DNA of 63,040 bases, the filler included, from Reclinomonas americana ATCC 50394 (lineage: Eukaryota), in assembly GCA_048213135.1 (NCBI GenBank). It is 14 parts of 14 records of this genome, joined end to end, with 100 filler letters (N's around TTAATTAATTAA, not from the genome) between each part and the next. Parts side by side here need not be neighbours in the genome. Positions count along the whole stretch, not along the records: positions 31,695 to 39,653 come from AFZH01022694.1; positions 39,754 to 42,542 come from AFZH01022695.1; positions 42,643 to 47,977 come from AFZH01022697.1; positions 48,078 to 49,230 come from AFZH01022698.1; positions 49,331 to 53,359 come from AFZH01022699.1; 9 more parts are not named here. The stretch is one strand, 5' to 3'. The translations under genes and the position numbers were made by a program. Under the pieces are notes generated by a model that saw only the letters and a program-made list of their open reading frames with translations, was not told where the DNA came from and searched no databases. The number at the start of each line of letters is the position of its first letter. The stretch's first letter is position 1. This document shows positions 35,901 to 50,241 of this stretch, one piece after another.

Positions 35901-37753
35901 CGGGAGGTAGGTGTTGGGACGTAGGTTTGCAATGCTCACAATGTGTGAGCGAGACGTAAAGGAGTGGAAGGACGGTGAAGATACAAGAGCACACGGTGAA
36001 TGCATGAGATTGCAGCAGAATGAGCTCGTCAGTGGAATGGGTGTGTGGGAGAGAGACAGAAAGAAAACAGCAGGACTCAAACAGTGGCGAAGCGCGTGCT
36101 ACAAGAGTGCCAACGTGCTCCAAAACACAAACCTGGTCGTCACACCCTCCACGGCCGAGGAAAACGTCTGGGTGGTCTTGTCGTAGCGCAGCGCCAGGTT
36201 TCCCATCCAGCAGGTTCCGCTCCATAGGCGTGTCAGAGCCACCCATGAGTGTGCCCAGTCGCTGCAGGGCCAGGGGCGGGTGGGTGTCACAGGAGAGAGG
36301 GGTTGGGGAAAGAGGGGGGAATGGACGTACTGCATGCCCTGGCAGTTCGCAGGGTCGTCAGATTTTGTCTCCAGAGCGCTGCGGGATGGAGGGAGTGAGT
36401 GAATCGGCGAGAGAGGGTGGTAGGGGCAGTTAAAGGAGGAGAAATGAGTGTGAACGAAAGCAAGTGGCGAGCGAGTGCCTACGAAGGAGAGATAGTATGC
36501 AAGTGCGCGACTTTGAGCAGTGAGGGTGAATGGAACATCCGTCAGAGTGAAAGGCAACCCGAGAGAGTATGAGAGTGGTTTGAGGAAAGGGCCAGTGAAT
36601 CAACATCAACCATGCACAGAGAGACCAGAGCAAATGACAACAGGAGAGGTCGAAGAGGTGAAACACGAATCGAGGCAATGGCGAGTGCGTACACATGTAC
36701 GAGGCATGCAGAAAAGCGTGCAAGCAGGAAACATGGCATCATGAGTGAGAGAGCATGAGTCGGTGCGTTGGCACGAGCAAAGAACAACAGAGAAGGCGCA
36801 GGCGCGAAACACAGATGAGGAAGGCAAGGGCGAGCGAAGAAAGCCTTGTGACACGTGCGACAACACAGGATCGATCATGAGTGATCAACGTATGAGTGAC
36901 CACCCCTCGCCCGAGCAAAGGACAACCAGGGAGCATGTGAGCGCGAAACACACAGCACAATGCGCGCCCATGAGGAAAGAGAACGAGAGGAGACTAACTG
37001 CACACACGCATTCGAGCACTCTACATGAGCGTCTGAGGAACAAGCGAATGAGCGAATCCACCACACTCACACACACACGTCACGCCACCACGCTGCTCCA
37101 CGAGAACACAATGACAAATCTCTTTCTCTCTCTCTCTCTCTGACCGCCTAAAAATGAACAGCCGGTCCCTCGCATTCGCAAACTACACACTTACACACAC
37201 AAGCAGCAACACACGCACAGTGCACTCTCTGCCTCTCTCATGCACACATACAACGACACACAATATGATCACACACCCAACAGGCAAGAATAGGTGTCAG
37301 TTGTCCAACCTCTCACAACACACACACAAGCTCACATCCCTCTCTCCCCACCCCCCTCTCTCTCATTCTCTCTCTCACACACACAGCTGCTGCTACTGCT
37401 CACCTGCCAGCCAAACCCGGCATCAACACCACAGGATTCCTCGAAAAGTTGGGATCGGCATCGTTGTAGGCGAGCAGCACTCGTCGCACTGACGAAGCTG
37501 TCATTGTCTCTGTTTTCACTTGCTCGTTGTCTTCGTCTTCGTCGTGAGCGATCAGAGGGCGATTCGTCATGCCATTGTCATCATCGCTTTCGTGATCTTC
37601 GCGCGCAGTCACGAGTGATAGTGTGGTCGTGAGTGATAGCAGGAGAAGGAGGAGCAGGAGGAGGAGGAATGGTGGTGGTGTGGAGGAGGAGGAGAGGGAG
37701 TGGGAGCGTCGTCGGTGGGGTGGTGGAGGCGTGGACCACCTTGTCGCAGACAT
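32953..37753 (-). CDS. LCAT / group XV phospholipase A2 family, with an N-terminal hydrophobic leader and a C-terminal TM helix
   Basis: PVVLMPGLAG|SALE, YDWR, KVHIIGHSMG (nucleophile), GDGDGTVP, VDHNSIL. TM segment WFVIFLVLSILGVLALIGAAVI. Confidence 0.9.
33895..34222. repeat. ~130 bp direct duplication in an LCAT intron
   Basis: 33901-34032 is near-identical to 34092-34222. Confidence 0.85.
35395..35985. repeat. ~105 bp minisatellite, about 5.5 units, in an LCAT intron
   Basis: GGGACG.AGGTTTGCAAT at about 35498, 35604, 35704, 35811 and 35916. Confidence 0.92.
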
Positions 37754-37916
37754 TTTCAAACAAAAGACGAGCGATTGAATGTGTCCTGTGAAGTGCGTCT
37801 TTGAGGAAGGGTTGCTGGAGGGTGGGAACGGGACGCTCGGTGTGAGAGTAGAGGTATAGTATTAGTGAGGGAAGTTGCGGGTGGCAGCACACTCGGTAAG
37901 GCTTGACAATTGGGGG

Positions 37917-39335
37917 ATGTACGACGTCGCATTGTTGTTCTGTCCCACCCAAACGCGCTCAACGAAGCTCGAGTTTAAGTCCGTCTCCACGAGCTCGTAT
38001 ACAGAGCGTGAGATGTTTTCTGTTGTTCGAGGAGAAAAGATGGATGGTGCAAGGGTTCTGATACTTGAGGAGAAAGAGAGGGCGAAAGTTGATAAGATAA
38101 TTAAGTGTGTGAGGAGCAACGATGACAAAGTGGCTGAGAAGGCATTCCAGCGTCGCGGATATCAGAAGACAGTGAAGGACTATGGCCTGTTTAGGCTTGA
38201 CAACCAGGGCGAGCATGACACCTGGGTACGGATTCATATTCAACGTGCAACTGCCCGCAATGGCCGAAGTTCCTGTGCCATGTCTCACGTCCACTTCGTC
38301 TGCTGCGAGGTGAGTCTGTAGATGTTCTTTGATCACATCGTAGCGTTCTAACTTCCAATTCGTGCCCCTCAGAAGCCGACGACAGATCTCAACCCGGATG
38401 CATATCTGGCGCTTGCGAATGCACTTGCACTGTCGAGCATTGCATGTGACTGTTCACATTACGAGCATCGACACGTATACGAACTTTGGTATGGCCCACC
38501 AGCGCAGCCTCCGCCGGCTGATTGCAGTCGACCGAGCCGTCCATCTTACTTGAGCCCGGACCTGGAACTTGAAGATAGCTTGGCAACGATCAACATCAGT
38601 TTTTCGGGTCTCGATAATCTAGGCCCCTTCGAGCTTAGCACCATTTCCATCTGTTTGTTGATCGCCATCGGTACGCCACTGCGAGAACCTGTTTCCTTCG
38701 CGTTCCGCACTAATTCGTGATTGAATCCAGGAGTTCGCTATTTGGGTATCATGCGCAGCGAACTGGCAGCGTCTTACACTGTTGAGATGTACTCTGAGAT
38801 CTGCTGGACGGCGTCGGAGTTGTATGCAGCATTTTCCTACATTTTCAATGTCTGGTCGGTGCCGTCTTGCATCGACACATCCTTGACAGAGCTTACGGAT
38901 CGAAATTTTTTGCGCTTACAAGACGGTCACTACTTCATCACGTCCGCTGCGATCGATTTGCTGGAACTCCGTGACGCACGTTTCAGTTATCAGTCGCCGG
39001 AACCGGCGCCTGACTTAGATCGACGCGAAGAATCTGGGATCGGAGACGATGAGGCTGGAGGTACGCTGTCCACTCGGTGTGTTCACGATTTTGTCTGCTT
39101 ATTTGCCGTCGCAGATGCGTCCGACTCTGCCACGGTAGCACTCGGAAAACGCGGACGGCCACATTCCGCGGTCGCAGCCGAAGACGAGAGCGGCGCGCCT
39201 GCCCGAAAACGCGGAAAACATGCGAAAAAATCGAACCGGAGGGGACCATGTCGTGTCCAAATTGCTGCCGCTGCCTTCCGACACAAGCATGCCGGCGCCA
39301 GTCGATCGCTGCAGATTACGCACAAGCACCCTTGA
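37917..39335 (+). CDS. Orphan 4-exon protein with a basic NLS-like C-terminus
   Basis: In-frame exons 37917-38309, 38373-38670, 38731-39060 and 39115-39335 with GT-AG introns; CTAAC/CTAAT branch-like motifs in the first two. C-terminal KRGRP..RKRGKHAKK. Confidence 0.75.
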
Positions 39336-39524
39336 CGTCTCAGATGTGCGACAAGCAGAACATCTACCAGTGTTGTTGACATCATTATTGCGGAGCTGTG
39401 ACTTGTTTGTTAAATGAAGTCTGTGAGTACTCCGACGCCCCCGAAGATCAGTAGCAAGCCCACTGCACCTCTCTCCACAACCCCCGAAGTAAACCAATTC
39501 CTTGCCTTGTAATTACCGCTCCTC

Positions 39525-39564
<40 letters not shown>

Positions 39565-39753
39565 ACCCGTCCTCACTCAGCTCTCGTCGCACGCTGCTCA
39601 TCAGTCTTGTCTCGTCGTTCGTGTGTACGTACGTCACGTACGTTACTTCGTCGNNNNNNNNNNNNNNNNNNNNNNNNNNNNNNNNNNNNNNNNNNNNTTA
39701 ATTAATTAANNNNNNNNNNNNNNNNNNNNNNNNNNNNNNNNNNNNNNNNNNNN

Positions 39754-39850
39754 GTACCGTACCGTACCGTACCGTACCTACCGTACCGTACCGTACCTAC
39801 CGTACCTACCTACCTACCTACCTACCTACCTACCTACCTACCTCTACTAC

Positions 39851-39947
<97 letters not shown>
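39754..39947. repeat. (GTACC)n/(TACC)n/(CT)n simple repeats at a contig start
   Basis: Directly visible. Confidence 0.9.
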
Positions 39948-39949
<2 letters not shown>

Positions 39950-40038
39950 AAAAAGCAGAGCCCGAGGCCACGCCCAAAACGGCCATCGGAAAAATTACAT
40001 TTCATCGCGACTCTCCCCCCCTCGCTCACACACCAAGC

Positions 40039-42262
40039 ATGAGCACAAACCACCACGACGGGGAGCCACCCCCCGTCACCATCGACGAACACACACCACC
40101 CCCGCCCACCTCCTCCTCCCCATCATGCTGCTCCACCTGTGCCTACGCAATGCTGGCGATCCCACTCTTTGTGCGTCGTCCGATGTTCACCACAACCTCT
40201 CACCGCACTCACGCATTCGGCAAGCACAGATCATTCGCGTGTTGCTCGCCCTTCTCCTCTTTGTGTGGTACCTTCTGCGCGGCTTGCTGCTCCTGCTGGT
40301 CGCCTTTGTGTGCCACCTCTTCTCGTGGCAGTGGCACTCCAAGGCGGTGACTGATGTACGCGACTGCATGCCACAGTCGCGGTGTGCGCGTGCAGTGCTG
40401 CTCGTGCCCGCAGTGCCGGCCATCATTGTGTGGTGGGCTCTGCGTCTGTGCTTCCTCATGCTGTGGCTTGTCGTTGCGTCCACAGTCGGACTTGCATGCT
40501 CGACACAAATGCAAACTCTCTCTCCCTCCCTGTCCACAGTTCAGCATGCTGCTGGTGATTGTGGAGGCGATCATTGATGCCGTGCGCCACGCCTTCCGCT
40601 GCTGTCGCTGTTGCGAGCGACCGAGAAGGAGTCGTCGCACGGTGCACGATCGATTCTCAGAAGCGATTGCTGCTGCTGACGAGGCCACTACTGCCAGCTC
40701 GGCCATGGATTCATCGCGCTTCAGCTTGGACGCGCGCAACCCGCTGCGTGCCAGTGTCGATAACCTCGATCTGTGTCGCACGACGCTGGTTGAGCAGCTG
40801 GCGCTGTCGATGCACGACATGAAAACGTACCGCGGTGCTATCGCATCGCTGGCTGGTGCGGCAGTGAATGCGGATCCCGATGAGCGGCTGGCTGCTGTCC
40901 AGCAACTCCTCGAGCAGCTGGTGCTCGAGTGCCCTTCGCCGGCCGTGCGCAGTCTGTTGCGTGCGCTGCAGGTGGTGGATGCCGGCAAGTGCTTTGCCGT
41001 CACAGTTTCGTTGCTGGGCGAGGGAAGGATAATGGCCACTTGTGAAGCTCAACAAGAGCTGCGCTCTTCCTTTGTACCAGGTGGACTCACGCTATCGCGA
41101 GGTGAACGTGTCGCTGACCGGCGGTGGCCGGCGCTTCACCAACGCGTCGCACTGGTGGACCAAATTCCGGCTCACGTGCGGTCTGCACTGGCACACCTCC
41201 TGCGCTGTGCCTCGTCAGTTCAACGACGCTCGGCATGCACTCGAGCGGGTGCAGGCGCAGTACAAGGATCATCGCGTTTGTTTGCACGGACACAGCCTGG
41301 GAGCCACCATGGTGTGATCTCTCACACTCTGCTCGCTCTCCCTCCTCCCGCTCCCTCTCACTCATCTCTCGCCAACCAGGTCACTTGGCTGGAGAACCAC
41401 GCACCGGCGGAGCCTCGGATGGATCTGTACCTGTTTGCCACCATTCGCCCGCCGCGTCAATGGTTGACGACGTCGCGTGCGGAGAGTCCAGTGCAGGTGA
41501 GTTTTTTCCGATCAACAGGCCTGTCTCTCTATCTGCTCACACGTCGTGCCAGTTCACCTCCTCCACTCCCACCCACCGATCGATCATCCACACCGCGGGC
41601 GCCTTGCACACCTACCCGACGCTGACTTGCCAACACGTCACAAGCACCGCGCCAGCGTCCCATCGCCAGTGGCTCTCGGGTCTGGTGGCTCGGCGCGACG
41701 CGTCACCTGCTGCTGCTGCTGCGACCGCCAACGGCGACGCGCAGTCATTGCACCGAACAGGTGCTGTGTCTCTTTGTTGCATTCCCGCCGTGTTCTCCAC
41801 TCTCAAGCACTCAGTCGTGCAGAGCTCGATGAGGCGGAGATCAAAGTCGTGTCGCGTGTCCTTGCCAAGTCACGAGAAGCGCTGGCGGCGCCCTCTCCAG
41901 ATCCCACGGATGGCATCGGTACGTGCAAGCTGACAAGAAGAAGCTTGAATGTGCTCTCACTCTCTCCCGAAAAAAGTGTGGACCCGCGTTGCTGGAATTC
42001 GCCAGGCGCTGGAGGAGACTGTGAGCATCATCAACGACTACAACCCCGATGCCCAGCAATGCAGCCGTCTGCAACGCGTGATCGGCGATCTGCTACGCAG
42101 TTTGTGGCGAGGTCAGCGTCGTTCCCACTCCGTTGTTCCTGCGTCAGGCAATTCATTATTTACTGCTGTGCAGCCTTCCGCCAGCAGATGGGTGGCGACC
42201 AGAACCGCACCAAGTCTCTCGATGTGCTCGGTGGTCTCGGCGAGGTCGTCGACGATGCTTAT
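40039..42262 (+). CDS. Membrane-anchored class 3 lipase-like alpha/beta hydrolase (3'-partial)
   Basis: Several hydrophobic N-terminal exons, then the RVCLHGHSLGATM nucleophile elbow and MDLYLFAT. GT-AG introns. Confidence 0.65.
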
Positions 42263-42642
42263 GGTGTGTATTCTTTATGGCTTCATAAGTCGCGCACTCC
42301 TTCACCTTCCCCCTGTTCCTTCCCCCTTCATCACCCCTGTCTCCTTCGCTCTTCTCCCTTTTCTTCTTTCCCCCTGCCCTCATTCTCCTCTTCCTCCTTC
42401 TCTTCCTTCTCTTCCTTCTCCCCTTCTCCTTCCCCCTCCTTTCCGCTGTTCCTTTGCCCTGTTCCTTCCCCTGTTCCGTTCCCCCTGTTCTTCCCCCTGT
42501 TCCTTCCCCCTTCTCCTTCCCCCTGTTCCTTCCCCCTGTTCCNNNNNNNNNNNNNNNNNNNNNNNNNNNNNNNNNNNNNNNNNNNNTTAATTAATTAANN
42601 NNNNNNNNNNNNNNNNNNNNNNNNNNNNNNNNNNNNNNNNNN

Positions 42643-45381
42643 GGGCGCAGCAAGCTGGCCAGCATGCTGCAGGCGCTGCCCGTCGGCTCGAATCATGTGG
42701 CCGAGGCGGAGGTGCTGCAGCGCCTGGTGGTGGCCGACCGCGATGTGATTCTCGGCGGCAACCACCCCGACACCATCAAGGCTCGCAGCGTTCTCGCGCG
42801 CACGTTGCAGGCGCGTGGTCATGTGGAGGAGGCGGCCGCCGTGCAGCGTCGTGTGGTCGCCGACCGCACGCGCAGTCGGGTGTCGGCCTCGCTCAGCCGG
42901 GAGGAGGCCGAGCAGGTGCGACTCACCACCGCACGCAACGCCATGGCCGCCTCCCTGCTTCCTCTCGGCTACAACACCGAGGCGGAGAGCCTGCAGCGCG
43001 GGGTGTTGGCCGAACGCGAGCGTCTCCTCGGCAGCGACCATCCGCAGACCATTCTGGCTCGCTCACAACTCGCCTCGACGCTGGCCGCCAACGGCAACCA
43101 CGCGGAGACGGAGCAGCTGCAGCGTCGCGTGCTGGCCGACCAGGAGCGACTGCTGGGCGGCGAGCACCCGGACACCATGAGTGCTCGCAGCCAGTTGGCG
43201 CAGACGCTGCTGGCGCGCGGCAATCGCGACGAGGCCGAGGCCCTGCAGCGCCGAGTGGCTTCCGAAAGAGCTCGGATCCTCGGTGCCGATCACCCGGATA
43301 CCATCACCGCGCGCCGTCATCTCGCCACCACGTTGCAGGCCAATGGCAAATTTGCCGATGCCGAGCGACTGCAGAGCCAGGTGCTGGCCGACCGTGAACG
43401 ACTGCTGGGCGCTGACCACCCCGACACTGCCGAGGCGCGCGGCGACCTGGCCACGCTGCTGTACACCAGTGGTCGCTACGACGAAGCCGCAGAGCTGCAG
43501 GAACGCGTGCTGCTCAACCGCGAACACACGCTCGGCGCCGATCACCCCACCACCATGGCAGCACGGCAGCACTTGGCCTCCATGTACCACGCACGCGGTC
43601 AGAACGCCGAGGCCGAGCGGCTGCTGCGTCAGGTGGTGATCGATCGCGAGCGCACCCTCGGCGCACAGCACCCCGACACCATCTCCGCGCGCAGCAGTCT
43701 CGCTGCCACGCTGCAGACAGGCAAGCAGTACGAGGAGGCCGAGGAGCTGGAGCGTCGCGTGCTTGCCGACCGCGAACACGTGCTGGGCGTCGACCACGCC
43801 GACACCAACAGCGCTCGCAGCAAGCTGGCGTCTACGCTCTTTGCGCGTGGCGAGTACGCCAAGGCCGAGAAGCTGCAGCGGCAGGTGTTGGCGCACGAGG
43901 AGACCGCACGTGGCGTCGATCACCCACAGACCGTGACTGCGCGCAGCCTGCTGGCCGCCACACTGCAAGCGCGTGGGGGGCACGAAGAGGCGGCACACTT
44001 GCAGCAACAGGTGGTGGAGGATCGCGAGCGCCTGCTCGGTGTCGATCACCCCGACACGCTGGCCGCCAAGAGCCGCCTCGCCGCCCAGTTGCTGCAGTGC
44101 CGTGGGCGCGAGAGTGAGGGCGAAGAACTCTTGCAACGAGTGGCGTCGGAGCGCGAGCGCGTACTCGGCAGCGCGCACCCAGACACCGTACGCACGCGCA
44201 GCAACCTGGCCACTGCTCTGCGCAACGGCAGCCCCGTGCGCGCACGTCAAGTGACATCGTCGTCGTCGCCGCCGACGACGACGACGGCGGTTCACATGGT
44301 TAATGCCACCGCCGCTGCTACCCCCACCGCATCGGCGCCGCCGATGAACGAGTACGAGGACGTCTCAGTTGTCGTCGAACCGGTGCTTGAGTTTGGAGGC
44401 GAGTATGCCGAGGCGGAGGAGGTCGATCGTCGGGCGCTGGCGGAGAGCGAACGATCACTGGGAGTGGACCATGCGGAAACCGAGCAGGCGCGCAGCAAGC
44501 TGGCGTGGACGCTGTACGCGCGCGGCAAATACACCGAGGCAGAGGAATTGCAGCGGCGTGTGTTGGCGGATCGGGAACGGCTGCTCGGTGCCGAGCACCA
44601 GGATACGGTGGCGGCGCGCAGCAATCTTGCTGCCACACTGCGCGCCAGTGGGCAATTCGCGGACGCCGAAAAAGTGGAGCGACGAGTGTTGGCCGATCGA
44701 GAGCAGCAGCTCGGCGCCAACCATCCGCACACGGTTGCCGCCCGCAGCCAGCTGGCCTCGACGCTGTATGGCCGCGGCAAGCGCACCGAGGCCGAGCAGC
44801 TGCTGCGCCGTGTGGTAGCGGACCGCGAGCAGCAGCTCGGCGCCACCCATCCCGACACGGTGACGGCGCGCGGCAATCTGGCCTCTGTGCTCTCGCACGC
44901 ATCGTCGTCGACCTCCGAGGCCGAGACGCTGGACAGGCAGGTGCTCGCCGACCGTGAGCGCCTTTTGGGCCCCCACCACCCGCACACGCTGGTGGCGCGC
45001 AGCAACCTCGCCTCCACACTCCACCAGCGTGGCAAGTACACCGAGGCGGAGGAGCTGCAGCGCAGTGTGTTGGCCGACCTGGAGCGCACTCTGGGCGCCG
45101 AGCATCCGTCCACGGTGACTGCCCGCGGAAACCTGGCGTGGACACTGCGATCGCTCGGCTCGTATGCCGAGGCGGAGCAGCTGCAGCGACGAGTGCTGGT
45201 GGAGCGCGAGCGGCAGCTGGGTGTGGAGCACCCGGCGACGGTGGCGGCGCGGAGTAATTTGGCGTGGACCCTGCACGCCAGCGGCAAACTGGCCGAGGTC
45301 GACGAGATCAGGAGAGCGGCGGTGGCCGAGAGAGACCGCATACACGGCGGCGGCGGTCGGGAGGGTGACGATCGACTGTAG
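42643..45381 (+). CDS. Intronless 42-aa TPR array (TPR_10/TPR_12, kinesin-light-chain/NLR type), 5'-partial
   Basis: About 18 units of LGxxHPxTxxARxxLAxxLxxxGxxxEAExLxxxVLxxRER, in two blocks separated by an S/T/P-rich linker. Confidence 0.93.
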   Translation, partial: GRSKLASMLQALPVGSNHVAEAEVLQRLVVADRDVILGGNHPDTIKARSVLARTLQARGHVEEAAAVQRRVVADRTRSRVSASLSREEAEQVRLTTARNAMAASLLPLGYNTEAESLQRGVLAERERLLGSDHPQTILARSQLASTLAANGNHAETEQLQRRVLADQERLLGGEHPDTMSARSQLAQTLLARGNRDEAEALQRRVASERARILGADHPDTITARRHLATTLQANGKFADAERLQSQVLADRERLLGADHPDTAEARGDLATLLYTSGRYDEAAELQERVLLNREHTLGADHPTTMAARQHLASMYHARGQNAEAERLLRQVVIDRERTLGAQHPDTISARSSLAATLQTGKQYEEAEELERRVLADREHVLGVDHADTNSARSKLASTLFARGEYAKAEKLQRQVLAHEETARGVDHPQTVTARSLLAATLQARGGHEEAAHLQQQVVEDRERLLGVDHPDTLAAKSRLAAQLLQCRGRESEGEELLQRVASERERVLGSAHPDTVRTRSNLATALRNGSPVRARQVTSSSSPPTTTTAVHMVNATAAATPTASAPPMNEYEDVSVVVEPVLEFGGEYAEAEEVDRRALAESERSLGVDHAETEQARSKLAWTLYARGKYTEAEELQRRVLADRERLLGAEHQDTVAARSNLAATLRASGQFADAEKVERRVLADREQQLGANHPHTVAARSQLASTLYGRGKRTEAEQLLRRVVADREQQLGATHPDTVTARGNLASVLSHASSSTSEAETLDRQVLADRERLLGPHHPHTLVARSNLASTLHQRGKYTEAEELQRSVLADLERTLGAEHPSTVTARGNLAWTLRSLGSYAEAEQLQRRVLVERERQLGVEHPATVAARSNLAWTLHASGKLAEVDEIRRAAVAERDRIHGGGGREGDDRL

Positions 45382-45491
45382 ACATTTTTTTCCTTAAAAA
45401 GAACAACACTACTTCATTTTTTCATCATCGTGTGGCAAGAGGCCTTTGTTTTTTCTTTTTCCACCCACCCACCCTTCTCGACGACACTTTC

Positions 45492-47947
<2,456 letters not shown>

Positions 47948-48077
47948 CTGCACAAGGGAATCAGTGAGCGCGCGCGCNNNNNNNNNNNNNNNNNNNNNNN
48001 NNNNNNNNNNNNNNNNNNNNNTTAATTAATTAANNNNNNNNNNNNNNNNNNNNNNNNNNNNNNNNNNNNNNNNNNNN

Positions 48078-49230
48078 CCTACGACTACAACACGAACCAG
48101 TACTACTACCCGCCTGTGCGCCGTCGCAAGAGCACCAATGTGGGCGTGCGTGGTCAGACCCCGGAGCGCGGCAACCGCCGTCTGTCGGCGTCGCCGCGTC
48201 GCCGCTTGGACGACTCTGGCAACTCGAGCATGAGCATGAACGATCAGTCGGTGGCGGAGAACGAGGATGCCGCCATTATGCGCGTGTCGCAGGCGTTGAG
48301 GGAGGTCGAGCAGACGTTGCAGGCGATGCGTGAGAACACCAAGGAGGAACCCGAGGTGCTGGACAACTTGGCGCCCATCTCCGAGTCGGCTCAGCTCAGC
48401 GGCCGCGGAAACCGTCGCTCGCCCTCGCCGCTCACGCGGCTAGGCAAGAACACCGCCAGTCGGTACCTGAACGGATCAGGTGCGGCTGCTTGTGTGTTGC
48501 GAGAATCCGCAATTCTTGGACTCATTATTCTTTTCACAGCACGCTCGTCGCCGCGCCGCACGGTGAGCTCATCGCCACAGCGCGCACGCAGCGGCACCAA
48601 TTCGTCACTGGACGGGTCGTTGCCGTCGGCGGCGGCTGCCGATGTGTCGGCCGACTCGTTGGCGCAGGTCGCTTTGGACCATGAGCGCTCCGCCGACATG
48701 ATTGATCACGTCAATGGTCGCTACCCGTCTGCCGATCGTCGCACCACGGACGGTGAGACGTTGACGGACGAGCAGAGGACTGCAATCGAGCGGTGAGTGA
48801 TTTCGCCATCCATTCTATTCGTTGTCTAGCGAGTGGGCAGGGATCCTCACTCTTCGTGTTCGTGTCACAGTCGGCGACAGTTTGACAAGGAGCGTTTGTA
48901 CTTTACGCACACGCTGCGAGATGTGGTGTCGCCGACTCTGCGCCTCAAGGAGGTATGGATGGACAAGCGTGGCGACGTTTGTGATTCACAGTTTGTCGTT
49001 TTTTTGACATGTCACCCGGCTAGATTCACGCCATTGACCGAGCCGACCCCGGAGACATGCGTCTTGTGGGAGTTGCGCACTCATCATGCACCACCCGTTG
49101 TTTTTATGTCTCTCCCTCGCTCACCCTGCTGTCGTGCAGTTGGAGCGCCTGAAGAAGGCCGACCGCGAGGTGACCCACCTGCTGTCCAAGGTCGATCCGA
49201 GGATTCTCGACATTGAGAAGCGCACGGCGG
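48078..49230 (+). CDS. Hypothetical spliced protein, internal fragment (S/R-rich plus coiled-coil)
   Basis: GC3-rich exons separated by short GT-AG introns. Confidence 0.6.
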
Positions 49231-49330
49231 NNNNNNNNNNNNNNNNNNNNNNNNNNNNNNNNNNNNNNNNNNNNTTAATTAATTAANNNNNNNNNNNNNN
49301 NNNNNNNNNNNNNNNNNNNNNNNNNNNNNN

Positions 49331-49867
49331 CATCGGCGGCCGATCGCCGTGCCTCGCCCGTGGGCAAGAAGGCGCAGTCGCCTGCGTCACATGCCCCGCC
49401 GTCTGCGGCCTCGCCGTCGACAGCCGCGTCGGGAGCCTCTGCCAGCACTCCCACTCGCTCGGCTCCCTCACCACCCGCACGTCGCCCAACGCCACCACCG
49501 GCCGGAAGCAGCCTGCGACCGAACTCGGCTTCGTCGCCGAACAAGACGTCGCCCAAGATTTCGCCAAAGCCGTCGCCGCGTAGCTCATCGTCGGCGATGC
49601 GAACGGGCTCCACGACCACCACCACGACCACCACTGCGTCTTCGTCAGTCAGCAACCTGCCACTGTCGCAGCGCAGCGGTGACAGCAACCCGACTGACGA
49701 GGAGAGCAACTCTGCGTTGCGTAACCACCACCTCGTTATCCCCCTTTATTTGGGTGCACTCACTTTGCTCTCTTGTGCACAACAGACGACAACGGCTGAG
49801 CAGTGGCGAGGCCAAGGTCAAGGCCCGTGAGCTGGTGGCCCTCCTCAAGTCGCGCTACGCCAAGTGA
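49331..49867 (+). CDS. C-terminal exons of an S/P-rich protein, possibly the same gene as 48078-49230
   Basis: Exon to 49715, GTTGCG...CAG intron, then RQRLSSGEAKVKARELVALLKSRYAK*. Confidence 0.6.
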   Translation, partial: HRRPIAVPRPWARRRSRLRHMPRRLRPRRRQPRREPLPALPLARLPHHPHVAQRHHRPEAACDRTRLRRRTRRRPRFRQSRRRVAHRRRCERAPRPPPRPPLRLRQSATCHCRSAAVTATRLTRRATLRCVTTTSLSPFIWVHSLCSLVHNRRQRLSSGEAKVKARELVALLKSRYAK

Positions 49868-50241
49868 GGGGTGTGTCTGTGTGACCACTTGTGTGCGTTG
49901 AGAGGGAAGTGGCGACGGTTGCAGACGGACACCTCTCAACCGTTTGGCTCAACTTCTCTGAAGAAAAGAAAAACAACAACAACAACAACAACAACCACAT
50001 CTGTCGCCTCCACTACCCTTCTTGGAGCTAATTATTCGTATTCTTTCTCTGTTGCCGGTCTTTCACAGCCGTTTCTCTTCTTTTTTTTCTTCCCCATTCT
50101 CTCATGTCTTTCCCCGTTTCGTTTTGCAAGAGCTTGTGCGAGTCTTTTTTAAAAAAGCAGAACTTTTTTTCACTCATCCGCGGCGGCACACTTCATGTCC
50201 CGAGCGTCGCACTTGTCCTCATGCAAACCCCCCCAGTGAAA

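Noticed and set aside
37917..38309. CG-1 (CAMTA) domain call from FQRRGY and KTVKD
   Set aside because: The motifs are in the wrong order and too short to support the assignment.
39605..39845. GTAC/TACG-rich contig ends (also 1-50) as telomere or element termini
   Set aside because: They resemble low-quality read-end noise next to microsatellites, with no consistent telomeric unit.
43063..45345. Long minus-strand ORFs over the TPR gene (similar ones lie over the EGF, MCP and otsB genes)
   Set aside because: They are antisense shadows of GC-rich coding sequence.
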